A stretch of 64,000 nucleotides of DNA, taken from contig JAOZSJ010000001.1 in the NCBI GenBank assembly GCA_029939715.1, positions 1,614 through 65,613 of the forward strand, given 5' to 3'. Under the pieces are notes generated by a model that did no database searches, was not told the DNA's origin, and was given only the letters and a program-made list of their open reading frames with translations. The translations under genes were made by a program, and so were the position numbers. The stretch is from Desulfobacterales bacterium. Its GTDB lineage: Bacteria; Desulfobacterota; Desulfobacteria; Desulfobacterales; 4572-123. The number at the start of each line of letters is the position of its first letter. Position 1 is the first letter of the stretch. Of this stretch, positions 20,337-30,493 are shown in pieces.

Positions 20337-22055
20337 CTATCTTTTCATTTCCATTTTATATAGGACATATTCATAATTCTGTTCTCGCTCACACGCAATT
20401 TCTTCCAAAAAATATTGATCCTTGATTGCCCGGCAAAGTTTACGGCTGGGTGCTGATTCCGCATTACACCAGTAATTATAATGAAAATATACATGCCCCC
20501 TGTATTTTTTCATCAAATGCCCGATAATCTCAGGATTATTGATACCGGCATAGGTCTGAATGGCATTGCGGTTCCAAAGCAGAAACATGGCGGGGTTATG
20601 GGTCAACACAATGGAACGTTCCGGTATCTTTTTACTGAACTCTTCCGCATATTGATGGTCATAGCGCGCGCCCCAGGCCTCCTGGCCGATTCGCCGAACC
20701 AGCGGGAAAAATTGTAAAAAAGATGCCAGAATAATCCCGATCAGGAGAAAGGAAAAAAGCTTTGTGCGCCCTTTTTCTCCGGCCAGCAAACCGGAAAACA
20801 CGAGGCGGTCACGAGCATAGCCGCAGCCAAGGCCGGCAAGAACCGCAAGCGGCATAAAACCAAGCAGCGCAAAACGAACATCCGCCCCATAGGTGTAGCT
20901 GCCGGCGTAGAAAAAAAGAAAAATGCCCCAGAAAATAAGAAACCACAGCAAGACAAGCAATTTTTCTTTCAGCCATCGGCGGGTGAACAAAAGCCCGATG
21001 ATGGCAAACAGTATGAAAATTACCGGAAAAAACTTATTGTTAAAATAATAAACACCGTTGGTGAAAATATTCTGCGCCAGAAAGTTCAACGATATTTTAT
21101 CTCCATCAGCACCCCAGGACATGCCACGCATTATATAAAGATGAATCAGATGCGGCAAAAGAAAAGCCAGGGCCGGTATACCGGTGATCCATGATTTTTT
21201 TTCAACAAACGTACCCGGGGCCAGCCAGAGCAGGGCCGGCACTGTCCAGGCGGCAATCAGTATCGATTCCGGCCGCATCTGGCAGGTCAGGGGTATTAAA
21301 AATGATAAAACCACAAGATGACGCTGCCGCCGGGTCTTGGCATAGATAACCAGCGCAAGCACCGTGAGTCCGGCAAACAGAGCCGACGAAGGCTCGGCGG
21401 CAATCGTATTGTGCCAGATCAGGTTGTGAGGTATAAGCCCGAATATCAGGGCAGAGATGAACGATGTAAAAAATGCTTTGCTTAAATGCCAGGCAATCAG
21501 AAAAACGGTAAGTACCGCACTGCTGAAAATAAAGTTGTTGAGCAAAAATCCATAGAGCTCATTGGTTCCCAGCATCTGAAATACCAGGCTGATTAAAAAG
21601 GGCCAGCCGCTGGGTTGTTTATTGTATGTGATCCAGTGAGGGTAATATTCCCCGTATTCAAAAGTGCCGTAGTTACACTGCCCTGCCCTGCCGTCAAGAG
21701 CGATGTTCTGGCCCACATTTGCATAAATATCCTCGTCATAAAAAATCCGGTGCGTGCGTGGTACCGTAAACGCCGTCATACAGAAGGCAGTAATACACAG
21801 ACCGGCAATCAGAACACCTCGGCGATTGAAAAAAATTTTAACAAAATTCCACAGCTCCCGCCGACATACTGATACCGCAGCAATCAGCAGGAGTACATTC
21901 ATTCTGAGAACCCAGGGAACTGTTTTTTCCAGGCCTCTGATAATTTCATTATGGGGCATAGACATTATCAGCCATACCCCGGTTCCGGCCAGCGCAAAAT
22001 AAACGCCGAACAAAATAAACCAAAAACCCGGTTTGTTATAAATTTTAGACAGCAT
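20337..22055 (-). CDS. GT-C fold glycosyltransferase (PMT_2 / ArnT-like, polyprenol-phosphate-sugar dependent)
   Basis: About 572 aa and polytopic with many TM helices. An acidic motif, RIFYDEDIYANVGQN, follows the early TM helices, as in PMT/ArnT-type GT-C enzymes. Start set at ATG 22055 (MLSKIYNKPGFWF), overlapping the upstream stop by 11 nt. The track ORF runs to 22154. Confidence 0.7.
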   Translation of the reverse strand: MLSKIYNKPGFWFILFGVYFALAGTGVWLIMSMPHNEIIRGLEKTVPWVLRMNVLLLIAAVSVCRRELWNFVKIFFNRRGVLIAGLCITAFCMTAFTVPRTHRIFYDEDIYANVGQNIALDGRAGQCNYGTFEYGEYYPHWITYNKQPSGWPFLISLVFQMLGTNELYGFLLNNFIFSSAVLTVFLIAWHLSKAFFTSFISALIFGLIPHNLIWHNTIAAEPSSALFAGLTVLALVIYAKTRRQRHLVVLSFLIPLTCQMRPESILIAAWTVPALLWLAPGTFVEKKSWITGIPALAFLLPHLIHLYIMRGMSWGADGDKISLNFLAQNIFTNGVYYFNNKFFPVIFILFAIIGLLFTRRWLKEKLLVLLWFLIFWGIFLFFYAGSYTYGADVRFALLGFMPLAVLAGLGCGYARDRLVFSGLLAGEKGRTKLFSFLLIGIILASFLQFFPLVRRIGQEAWGARYDHQYAEEFSKKIPERSIVLTHNPAMFLLWNRNAIQTYAGINNPEIIGHLMKKYRGHVYFHYNYWCNAESAPSRKLCRAIKDQYFLEEIACEREQNYEYVLYKMEMKR

Positions 22056-23766
22056 TATTTTCAACCAGAAAGTCTTCCATAAAAAGATACCGCAGCCCGG
22101 TACGTGCCAACATGTCCAGAGCCTGCTCGGGAGAGCCGACAATAGGCTCGCCATGAATATTAAAACTGGTATTTAAAATTACACCCCGACCAAACTTATT
22201 TTTTATACCCAGCAGCAGTTCACGATAGGCCGGATTTTCATCTGCCACAAACTGGGGCCTGCACGTACCGTCTACATTCATCACCCCCTGCATGAGGTCG
22301 CGAAACTTTTGACTGACCCTGAAACCAGTGGTCATAAAACGATTTAAACTCAAATCCTGACCGTTTGTATTCAGCAAGAATGGAGCGTCCTCAATTAGAA
22401 GGCTGGGACAAAAAGGCTGATACCAGACCCTTTTTTTAAGAACCAGGTTCAAACGGTCACGAATTTCGAGACTGTCGGGACGGGCCAGGATACTGCGGTT
22501 GCCAAGTGCCCGGGGCCCCAGTTCCATGCGGCCGCGAAACCAGAGAATAATTTCATTGTTCAGAATCAAACGCGCTGCTTCAGCACCCGGATTGTCAAGG
22601 CGCTGATATCGGAAGTCATATTGTGTCAGAATTTTTTCAATCGACGCAGTGGAATAATCTGGTCCCAGGTAAAGATTTTTGATTTTATACCGCGAAACCT
22701 TGAGACGGTCATTATTAACAGCCATGGCAGACCCGGCCGCCAGCCCGCCGTCACCCATGTGGGGAAACACATAAACATCCCTGATATCCGGCAGCTTTGC
22801 GATCTTCATGTTCAGCTTGATATTGGAAAAAACACCACCGGCCAGGGCCACACGCTTCTCGCCGGTCCGGGCAATCGCGTTTTCAACAAGCTGCCGCACA
22901 TTTTTTTCCAAAACCCGCTGGGCCATATAGGCAAACTGTTCGGAAGGAAAGCGCCATAAAATTTTTTTCATCTCCCGGTGCATGGCAACCGAGTTAAAGG
23001 GGGATACAAAATCGAGGCCCTGCACACGGATCAGGTTCATCAGGGGATTATCACGGTCTGCCACCGGATAAGCATAGTTGGCAAGGGCCATGACCTTGCC
23101 CTCGTCTTCCAGTTCGCGCATATTCATCAAATTTGTTACATGCTCAAAAAATATTCCCGGTGAAACCCTTGCGGTATTTTTTTTTACCGGCAAAAGCCGT
23201 CCGGCCCCAAATTGATAAATAGATCCGCACAATCCATCCCCGACCCCGTCCAGCGTAATGACCATGCACCGGTCAAACCCGCTGCAGCAGGCCGCTGCCC
23301 AGGCATGTCCCAGGTGATGATCCACCAGGGTCAGGTGATAGTTGAAAAAACCAAGGTTCCGCATCTGCCTGCGGATATAGTGCCGGCTCAGGGCGGTGGA
23401 AAGAAAATTCGGACCTCTTTCAGTGAAGCGGTATTTAAACCGTTTTTTTAAAGGGTCGAGCCGCCCGGGTACTTTTTTGCGACGCCGGATCAGATAATAT
23501 TCCTCTTTTAAACGCGGCACCAGCCGTGTCAGGGTTTTAGCCGGATCACTGGTGGAAAGGGCCACCTCATTAATGTCAGCCGGCCTGATACCTGCATAAT
23601 CCAGAGCCGCCCGGATAGAAAGACGCGGGAATCCGACCTCCAGCTTGCGTCGGCTCAACCTCTCCTCGTTAACGGCAAAAACGATCCTGTTGCCGCAAAG
23701 CAGCGCAGCCCCGGCATCATGCCCGTCCCATATCCCCAACACATATTCAGATTTTTTTGAATTCAT
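22045..23766 (-). CDS. carbamoyltransferase (NodU/CmcH family)
   Basis: YVLGIWDGHDAGAALL...VFAVNEERLSRRK is the N-terminal ASKHA-like domain, and the C-terminal GILNTSFNIHGEPIV motif is typical of NodU/CmcH O-carbamoyltransferases. Start at ATG 23766 (MNSKKSEY). Confidence 0.85.
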   Translation of the reverse strand: MNSKKSEYVLGIWDGHDAGAALLCGNRIVFAVNEERLSRRKLEVGFPRLSIRAALDYAGIRPADINEVALSTSDPAKTLTRLVPRLKEEYYLIRRRKKVPGRLDPLKKRFKYRFTERGPNFLSTALSRHYIRRQMRNLGFFNYHLTLVDHHLGHAWAAACCSGFDRCMVITLDGVGDGLCGSIYQFGAGRLLPVKKNTARVSPGIFFEHVTNLMNMRELEDEGKVMALANYAYPVADRDNPLMNLIRVQGLDFVSPFNSVAMHREMKKILWRFPSEQFAYMAQRVLEKNVRQLVENAIARTGEKRVALAGGVFSNIKLNMKIAKLPDIRDVYVFPHMGDGGLAAGSAMAVNNDRLKVSRYKIKNLYLGPDYSTASIEKILTQYDFRYQRLDNPGAEAARLILNNEIILWFRGRMELGPRALGNRSILARPDSLEIRDRLNLVLKKRVWYQPFCPSLLIEDAPFLLNTNGQDLSLNRFMTTGFRVSQKFRDLMQGVMNVDGTCRPQFVADENPAYRELLLGIKNKFGRGVILNTSFNIHGEPIVGSPEQALDMLARTGLRYLFMEDFLVENNAV

Positions 23767-23813
23767 TGGTTGTCGTCTGCCCGTTGGGCAGGCACGGGGG
23801 CCTGCCCTTACAT

Positions 23814-25928
23814 TCATCGTTTGGTTTTTGCCATTTTTTCATCTATCTCACGGGCCATTTCCCTGTTGCCCGGATCCAGGGTCAGGGCCTTGTGATAATG
23901 CCATCGAGCCCTTTGCAGAGCTGCATCGCGCCTTTCTGCACGGAGCCAGGGATGGCCGGCACGCATATTCCAGTAATGTCCCATTTCCACGTGCTGGCGA
24001 GGATTTTTTTCACCGACAAAAAAAGCGGCGCTTTCCATGGCCCGGTCAGCAGCCGGCAGCCATTTTTCCCGGTAATTCGGCTCCTGCCACAGGTAAGTAT
24101 ATTCCCGGGCCAGACGGATGTAGCTTTCGGTCTCACAGGGATTCAGTAAAATAACATCTTGCAGTGCAGCAATAATACCTGCAACCCGAACCAGATTTTC
24201 CTGGTAATTATCTTCTGCAGCATGATCATCGCGATCCTTCATCAATGCCCGGGCCAATTTTTGCCGATATCTTGCATTAAGGCTATCCCGGGAAATGGCT
24301 CTCCTGATATTCTCAAGTGACGGCTGCCGGTCAATATTAAAGGTGGCGTTGTGCACGGTTGCACAATTAGATTCGGCTCCAAAATGGCGCAGGGCCCCTC
24401 CGGCACACCAGATCATCATTCCGACGAGCAAAAAAAGAAAAACAGTTCCCCGAAATTTCAGGGGCAGGCAATGCCACCGAAAAACCAGGTTTTCCCGACC
24501 ACGCCGGCAGTGCAGGTGCAGTGCTGCGCTGCTGCATGCAGTCAAACCTGCAAGCATTAAAAAATTGGCCGGGATATGCAGGTTGAAATCCGAATAGGAA
24601 TGGATGGCCATGGTCCCTATAATGGCCGGCGCCAGCGTTCCCAGGCCCAGGGCAAAGGGGTCATGTCGTTTCAGCCATAGCCGCAGGGTCCGAAACAGAA
24701 AACAGGCCATGCCCGTAAGCAGCAAAATCGGCCCGATCGTACCGGTCTCGGCCAGAAACTGGGCCCAGTCATTGTGTGCAAACCGGATATAGCGTTTATT
24801 ATCTTTTGCCGCCTGGTACCCGGGATAAACATATTCAAAATTACCAAAACCAATACCCGCCACGGGATAATCCTGATAAATATCCATGGTCTTGCGCGCG
24901 TACCGGGTACGATTTTCAAGGGACTGGTCAAAATAATTAAACCGCCCCATGGGATATTCGGCACCGATATAGACGGCGTAACCCGCCGTAACCAAAAATA
25001 GACCCAGCAGAGCAACTCCTTTGCGGCGCTGGGCCCTGCGAAAAATAAAAATAAGCCCCATGCAAAAAAGTCCACAGGCCCCGGCGATCATTCCCCCCCG
25101 TGAGGCCGTAAAAATCAGACCGATGCCGATAATAACCCCGCAAAAAAAAACCAGCAGCCGTTTGCCCGGAGCTTCCCCGCCGGAAAGCCCGCCAAATATC
25201 CGGCTTTTAATATCCCCTTTTCCCGGGAGGCCTTTGGGGCGTTCCCTTTTGGGCCGGGCCAGGGCAGCGGCATAGGCTGCGGCGGTGAGCAGGCCCATGG
25301 AAAGCAGCCCGGCCAGGTGATTACGGTTGATGTAGGTTCCGCTAACATCCCGGCCATAGCTATTCTTGGCATACCACAGGATATGCCCGGATCCTGAATA
25401 GGTCTGGGCCAGTCCGTAAACCGTTTCAAAACAGCAGAGGATCAAGACCAGAAAAACCGTGGTTTCGATCCGTTGCCGCGAATTGAGCACCAGCAGCATG
25501 CCGTAAAAAAACAAAGCATAGGTAAAAAAACGAATCAACGACATGCGTACCGGGTGCTGGTAAACACATAATGAAAGCCACCTTCCGTTAGGGGAGACAG
25601 TGCTTGTTTCAAGACCTGCCAGAGAGGCTTTGGCAACCTTTACCCGTTGGGGCGACAGAAAATTAACCACCCCTTCAGGCAGGGGCGTCAGTTGAAAAAT
25701 CAGCAGCAGTAAAAAGACAATAAAAAAAAATTTCAGCCCGGTATTGGGTATTTTAATAAAAAACCCGTTCTTTCCCGGTTCCCGGGCGATCCTTCCCGGC
25801 AAAAGCAGCACAGTCCCGACAAAAACCAGCAGCGACATCAAAGTATAGGCCCAGGGATGCATGGCCCCAAAAATCAGCGGGCTTATTACCATAGCTGCCA
25901 GAAACAAAACATATGCAACTTTTTCCAT
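23814..25928 (-). CDS. O-antigen ligase/Wzy_C-like polytopic membrane protein with C-terminal TPR-like domain (paralog 1)
   Basis: 704 aa with about 12 TM helices. The large-loop motif YPVAGIGFGNFEYVYPGY...IRFAHNDWAQFLAETG is Wzy_C-like. The helical soluble C-terminal third is TPR-like. Confidence 0.7.
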   Translation of the reverse strand: MEKVAYVLFLAAMVISPLIFGAMHPWAYTLMSLLVFVGTVLLLPGRIAREPGKNGFFIKIPNTGLKFFFIVFLLLLIFQLTPLPEGVVNFLSPQRVKVAKASLAGLETSTVSPNGRWLSLCVYQHPVRMSLIRFFTYALFFYGMLLVLNSRQRIETTVFLVLILCCFETVYGLAQTYSGSGHILWYAKNSYGRDVSGTYINRNHLAGLLSMGLLTAAAYAAALARPKRERPKGLPGKGDIKSRIFGGLSGGEAPGKRLLVFFCGVIIGIGLIFTASRGGMIAGACGLFCMGLIFIFRRAQRRKGVALLGLFLVTAGYAVYIGAEYPMGRFNYFDQSLENRTRYARKTMDIYQDYPVAGIGFGNFEYVYPGYQAAKDNKRYIRFAHNDWAQFLAETGTIGPILLLTGMACFLFRTLRLWLKRHDPFALGLGTLAPAIIGTMAIHSYSDFNLHIPANFLMLAGLTACSSAALHLHCRRGRENLVFRWHCLPLKFRGTVFLFLLVGMMIWCAGGALRHFGAESNCATVHNATFNIDRQPSLENIRRAISRDSLNARYRQKLARALMKDRDDHAAEDNYQENLVRVAGIIAALQDVILLNPCETESYIRLAREYTYLWQEPNYREKWLPAADRAMESAAFFVGEKNPRQHVEMGHYWNMRAGHPWLRAERRDAALQRARWHYHKALTLDPGNREMAREIDEKMAKTKR

Positions 25929-25981
25929 AAAACCTGCTGCCCATATTATTGAAAATTAAATACTAAAGGTGTGGCCGACCT

Positions 25982-26764
25982 TCAACGAAACACCTGCCAC
26001 CATTTTTTTTTCATTTCCAGCGGACGCAGCGGATCGGGGATTTCAATTGAATCACCGCAAAGAATGGCTCTTGGAATATCTGTGACCATTTTCCGGGCCT
26101 CGGCCATGCTGCCCAGAATATCGGCGGCAGCGTCTACTCCGTTGCTCAAAATCGGCGGACGACTACCGGGCGAATGGGCATCCGAGGCAATCACATGAGC
26201 CAGATGCCTTTGAAGCAGCGTGTGGGCACACCCCATGGCCGCCGTCCCGAGTTCGCCGGTGATACTCATGGCTGTAATCTGGACAAGGCAGCCCATGCCG
26301 ACTATATCATAGAGCTGATCAATGTCCCGCTGAAACAGAATATTCCGTTCCGGATGAGCGATAATCGGGGTTATGCCTTTGAGTTTGAGCTGGAAGAGTT
26401 CTTCGCTGGTGCCGGGGTTAATGGTCTGGAAAGGAAATTCAACCAGCACATATTTTCCAGTATGATTGATGGTACCGGCCAGACCATCTATGATTTTGCG
26501 GCTAAAGACGTCGCAGGTATGAACCTCTGCCCCGGGGCAAATCCTTAGCCGGATATTTTTATCCGTCAGTATCCGGTTCAAAGAATCTACGCCGCCTGTT
26601 ACAGCTTCCGACGGCGTCGTGTAAACACCATTGAAGGTATGCGGCGTAGCCACAATCGTCTTAATACCGTCTGCAAGGGCCTGATCCACCATGACCAGGC
26701 TTTCCGCAATGCTCAACGGCCCGTCGTCAATTCCGGGCAAAATATGGCAGTGGATGTCGATCAT
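25982..26764 (-). CDS. PHP-family protein-tyrosine phosphatase (CpsB/CapC type)
   Basis: MIDIHCHILPGIDDGP at the N-terminus, plus ATPH, AHPERN and ASDAHS metal-binding motifs typical of CpsB. Start at ATG 26764. The track ORF extends to 26926 over the kinase gene. Confidence 0.8.
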   Translation of the reverse strand: MIDIHCHILPGIDDGPLSIAESLVMVDQALADGIKTIVATPHTFNGVYTTPSEAVTGGVDSLNRILTDKNIRLRICPGAEVHTCDVFSRKIIDGLAGTINHTGKYVLVEFPFQTINPGTSEELFQLKLKGITPIIAHPERNILFQRDIDQLYDIVGMGCLVQITAMSITGELGTAAMGCAHTLLQRHLAHVIASDAHSPGSRPPILSNGVDAAADILGSMAEARKMVTDIPRAILCGDSIEIPDPLRPLEMKKKWWQVFR

Positions 26765-26786
26765 ATGGGCAGTGGATTCCGGGTTT

Positions 26787-29087
26787 TCAGCCCTCACTCG
26801 TTTCATGATAGCGGCTGGCGCGGCGCTTGCGACGCCGGGTGTTCTTTTTCTTTTCCCCGTCCTCGCCATAATAATAGTAATAGTACTGGTAGTAATAATA
26901 GCTGTCCCGGCCGGTTTTGATACCATTCAATACGGCACCCAGGATTTTGGCATTCACGGTCTGCAACTGGGCCAGTCCGTTTTGCACAATCTGCCGGGGC
27001 GTATCACCCGCCCGAACTACCAGAAGGGTACCGTCAGCCTGGGGAGCCAGAACCACGGCATCAGTTACCGCGGTCACAGGAGGAGAATCAATAATAATCC
27101 TGTTATAACTCTTTTTCAATGTCTCGAGGAGGTGTTTCATTCTCATAGATCCCAGCATCTCGGAGGGATTGGGCGGAATCGGACCAACCGGCAGAATATC
27201 AAGGTTTTCAACTTTCGATTTTATAATGGTCTGCCCGACATTTGCCTTTCCCACCAGCACACTGGAAAGACCCTGGTCCCTGGGCATTCCGAAAACTTTA
27301 TGTATCCTGGGCCGGCGCATATCGCAGTCCATCAACAAAACTTTGGAGCCGGACTGGGCCATGGTTACCGCCAGATTGGCGGCACACACGGTTTTGCCTT
27401 CAGACGGCCCGGCACTGCTTATCAGGATTACCCGTGGAGCACTGTCGGCACTGCTGTAAAGAATGCCGGTTCGAATCCCCCTGAAGCTCTCGGATGCCGT
27501 GGATTTAGGGCTGTGAAGCGTAACCAGATCGTGCGATTTTTCATCTGAACCGTCAAGAGCATAAGCCGGCACAGGACCAAGATAAGGAATTTTTAGATAA
27601 TTTTTGACCTCTTCGGGGAATTTAATTGTATTATCAAGATATTCCAGCAAAAAAGCCAGCCCGATTCCCAGGGTCAACCCGACCACCACCGCCAGCAGTA
27701 TATTGCGTCGCTTGTTTGGTTTTATAGGGCCCTGGGGAACCTGAGCCGGGTCTATGATCCGGATATTAGCTGTCTTTATCTCTTCAGTCAGTGAAGTTTC
27801 CTTGAACCTTTTGATCAGCAGATCATACATATGCCGTGAGCTTACAGCCTGCCGCTGAAGCACTCCATACTGTACGGCTTTCTTGTTTAATTCAAGCGAC
27901 TCTTTTTTCTGCTTCGTCAAAGCTTTTTTCAGGGAATCTTCCCGGGCGAGGGCCAGCTTGAACTCATTGCGAAGACTGTTTACCACTCTTTTTACTTCCC
28001 GGATCTTTCGTTTTTTCAGTTCCGCCAGTTCCGAATCAATAGCAATCATCTGAGGATGCTTACGACCGTATTTTTTGCTGATTTCGGACATACGGTTATA
28101 AAGGCCCACCTCCATTTTTTTGATCTCACGGATTAATTCATTGGTAAGCACCTCGGGAATGGCATCGAGCATATCTGAAGATTTCCCCAGCTCCAGGGCC
28201 TGGCGGTAGCGGGTTTCAGCTTCTACTCTTTCGGATTCAGCCTGTACCACCTGGTTATTAAGCGTTGCCAGTTTCTGGGCTGTAATATTCTCCGAATCAC
28301 TGGAAAAACCGGTAATAATTCCCTGCTCTTCCTTGTAGCGTAAAAGCTTGTTCTCGGCATCTTCCACCTTCCGGCGCTCTTCACTGATGCGTTCTCCCAG
28401 CCACTGCACCGCATTTTTTGCTGCTTCCAGCCTGTTCTCGAGGGTATGATCAATATAGGCCTGCACCATTTCATTGGCCATACGAGCCGCCAGTACCGGA
28501 TTGGCCGCCATAACACTGACATCGAGCAACTGGGTGTCACGAACAGGATTCACACTGACCCTGCCTAAAAGCGCTCCGGCCAACGGAGAATACAAGGCTT
28601 TTTCTTCCATGGCGGGAACCACCTTGTGTTGTTCCGGTTTTTTAATTTTCAAAGTCGATTTAAGCCAGGTCTTAATTCCGGAAATGAACTTTCGAATCGA
28701 CCTTTTCGTATTGGAGATCACATCATCTTTTGGTGGTGGAAAAAACTCCAGACTGTTTTGCAAATCCAGCCGTTTGACAACTTTATCGGCTACGGCCCGG
28801 CTTGTAATTATCTTGCTCTGTGTCTGGTAGTACTCCATTGCCATGCCGTAGTATTGCATAATCGGCCGGTTTGAAAACGGGTTAGACTGCTGTCTCTCTA
28901 TCTGTATCCTGGCGGTAGCCTGATAAATAGGCACGGTAGTAAAAGTATTAACCGCAACCGTCAATACCACCACAAAAAAAACACACATAATGATCCAGCG
29001 CCGTTTCATCAAAACGCGCAGGTAGTCCCGCAGGTCGATCTGTTCTTCCCTGTAATCTTCTCTGAAGTTTTCCCCGTAGTCTTCCAT
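26787..29087 (-). CDS. polysaccharide co-polymerase / BY-kinase (Wzc/GumC-type tyrosine autokinase)
   Basis: 766 aa. It has a Wzz-like N-terminus with a TM helix, a long periplasmic coiled coil and a second TM helix. The cytoplasmic kinase carries Walker A SAGPSEGKTVCAANLA, Walker A' VLLMDCDMRRP and Walker B IIIDSPPV. The C-terminal Tyr cluster is YYYYQYYYYYY. Confidence 0.9.
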   Translation of the reverse strand: MEDYGENFREDYREEQIDLRDYLRVLMKRRWIIMCVFFVVVLTVAVNTFTTVPIYQATARIQIERQQSNPFSNRPIMQYYGMAMEYYQTQSKIITSRAVADKVVKRLDLQNSLEFFPPPKDDVISNTKRSIRKFISGIKTWLKSTLKIKKPEQHKVVPAMEEKALYSPLAGALLGRVSVNPVRDTQLLDVSVMAANPVLAARMANEMVQAYIDHTLENRLEAAKNAVQWLGERISEERRKVEDAENKLLRYKEEQGIITGFSSDSENITAQKLATLNNQVVQAESERVEAETRYRQALELGKSSDMLDAIPEVLTNELIREIKKMEVGLYNRMSEISKKYGRKHPQMIAIDSELAELKKRKIREVKRVVNSLRNEFKLALAREDSLKKALTKQKKESLELNKKAVQYGVLQRQAVSSRHMYDLLIKRFKETSLTEEIKTANIRIIDPAQVPQGPIKPNKRRNILLAVVVGLTLGIGLAFLLEYLDNTIKFPEEVKNYLKIPYLGPVPAYALDGSDEKSHDLVTLHSPKSTASESFRGIRTGILYSSADSAPRVILISSAGPSEGKTVCAANLAVTMAQSGSKVLLMDCDMRRPRIHKVFGMPRDQGLSSVLVGKANVGQTIIKSKVENLDILPVGPIPPNPSEMLGSMRMKHLLETLKKSYNRIIIDSPPVTAVTDAVVLAPQADGTLLVVRAGDTPRQIVQNGLAQLQTVNAKILGAVLNGIKTGRDSYYYYQYYYYYYGEDGEKKKNTRRRKRRASRYHETSEG

Positions 29088-29153
29088 AAAAAATTATCCG
29101 ATTATTGAACATATGTATTTAAAGTGAATTGGCGATTATCTGCTGCCCGTCCA

Positions 29154-30203
29154 TTAAAAAAAACTCTCCGGGACTACGATAATATCACCGGGCAGAATTT
29201 TTACATCCTGCGTTTTCTGGCCGGATTTGGTAATAGCATCCACCTTGACATGAATGATCTTCTCAATTCCGTTTTCCACCCTTATGATGCGAGTTTTGTT
29301 CCGGGCCGCGATCTGGGTAAAACCACCTGCCTTGCTGAGAGCTTCCACCAGGGAGATCTCTTTTTCCAGGTAGGGATAAGAACCAGGTTTCTGTACCTGA
29401 CCGATAATATACAAAAATTCAGCTTTGGGAATATAAAGCAGGTCACGATCCATCAGGGCCAGATTGGAAATCTGATCCCCGCCCTTGAGCAGGCCGGGCA
29501 GATCGATACGGATCACAATCTTGCGTTCTGTTGCCGTCCCGTAATTTTCCGACCGTATGATCATTCCTTTTTTACCGCCCTGCTCAAAATCAATACCGCC
29601 GGAACGGGATATGGCATCCAGCACATGTTCGTTTGCCTGCAGCGGATAGGCACCGGGCTGCTTGACCGAACCGAGAACCATGTACTGTTTGCTGTTAAAT
29701 TCGCTGACAGTGACACTCACATGGGCGTCCAGCAGAAACTGCCCCTGGGCCAGTTTTCGGGAAATCAGAGTTTCAATCTCGCTGGTGGTAAGATTCGCCA
29801 CTCTCAGTCGGTTGATCAGGGGAAATGAAATAAAACCGTCAGCACTGACCCGAACGCCATCCCGGCAGAGATCCTGCTCTTCATACACGGTAATGTCGAG
29901 TACATCATAGCCTCCGACCCGATAATCATTGCCGCTTTTTTTGATATCGCGGCCTCTGACAGCCAGATATTCCGACACCGAGTAATTGGGCGTTGTCTGG
30001 ATTACATTTTCAAGTTTGGCGTCCTTGTCGCTCTTGCGCTTTTCAGCCTTTATTTCAGCCAGACGCGCCTTCTCGGTCTCCCCTATTCCGGAAAGATTTC
30101 CATCCGAAACGGTAAAGACCTGTACAACATCTCTGCCGGTACTACATGCATTAACCACTAAAAAAGCAATTAAAACCAAAATAATTTGCCACGATTTTTT
30201 CAT
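29154..30203 (-). CDS. polysaccharide export outer-membrane lipoprotein (Wza-like; Poly_export + SLBB)
   Basis: 349 aa with a signal plus lipobox-like LVVNAC. YRVGGYDVLDITVYE (Poly_export motif), two SLBB-like repeats and a C-terminal ILPGDIIVVPESFF. Confidence 0.85.
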   Translation of the reverse strand: MKKSWQIILVLIAFLVVNACSTGRDVVQVFTVSDGNLSGIGETEKARLAEIKAEKRKSDKDAKLENVIQTTPNYSVSEYLAVRGRDIKKSGNDYRVGGYDVLDITVYEEQDLCRDGVRVSADGFISFPLINRLRVANLTTSEIETLISRKLAQGQFLLDAHVSVTVSEFNSKQYMVLGSVKQPGAYPLQANEHVLDAISRSGGIDFEQGGKKGMIIRSENYGTATERKIVIRIDLPGLLKGGDQISNLALMDRDLLYIPKAEFLYIIGQVQKPGSYPYLEKEISLVEALSKAGGFTQIAARNKTRIIRVENGIEKIIHVKVDAITKSGQKTQDVKILPGDIIVVPESFF

Positions 30204-30493
30204 CAGACCACCTTATTTTAATTAAACCACCGATCTGCCAACCCTGTACAGCCGCAGAAGTATCCCATAATTTTTCATAAATTAATAGAATGCTTTTCGT
30301 AGAAATATGTTTATTACAATTTCAAGTCTCTAAACACAAGTCATTTTCACTTTAGTACTTTTTTTGTCTGAGTCGCATCCCTACCCGGACCCGGTTTCCG
30401 AGGATCGCAATCCCTGGCAGCCTTTGTTTTATTTTATTTGTTATATATTCAAATATCAAAGGTAGTTCTCGGAGAATCCCGGATCTTAATGCA

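Noticed and set aside
30415-30430. Sigma-54-like TGGCAG upstream of wza (also TGGCAGATCGGTGG on the minus strand at about 30225-30240)
   Set aside because: The -12 element (TTGC at the correct 12-nt register from the GG) is absent in both. The plus-strand match faces away from any gene.
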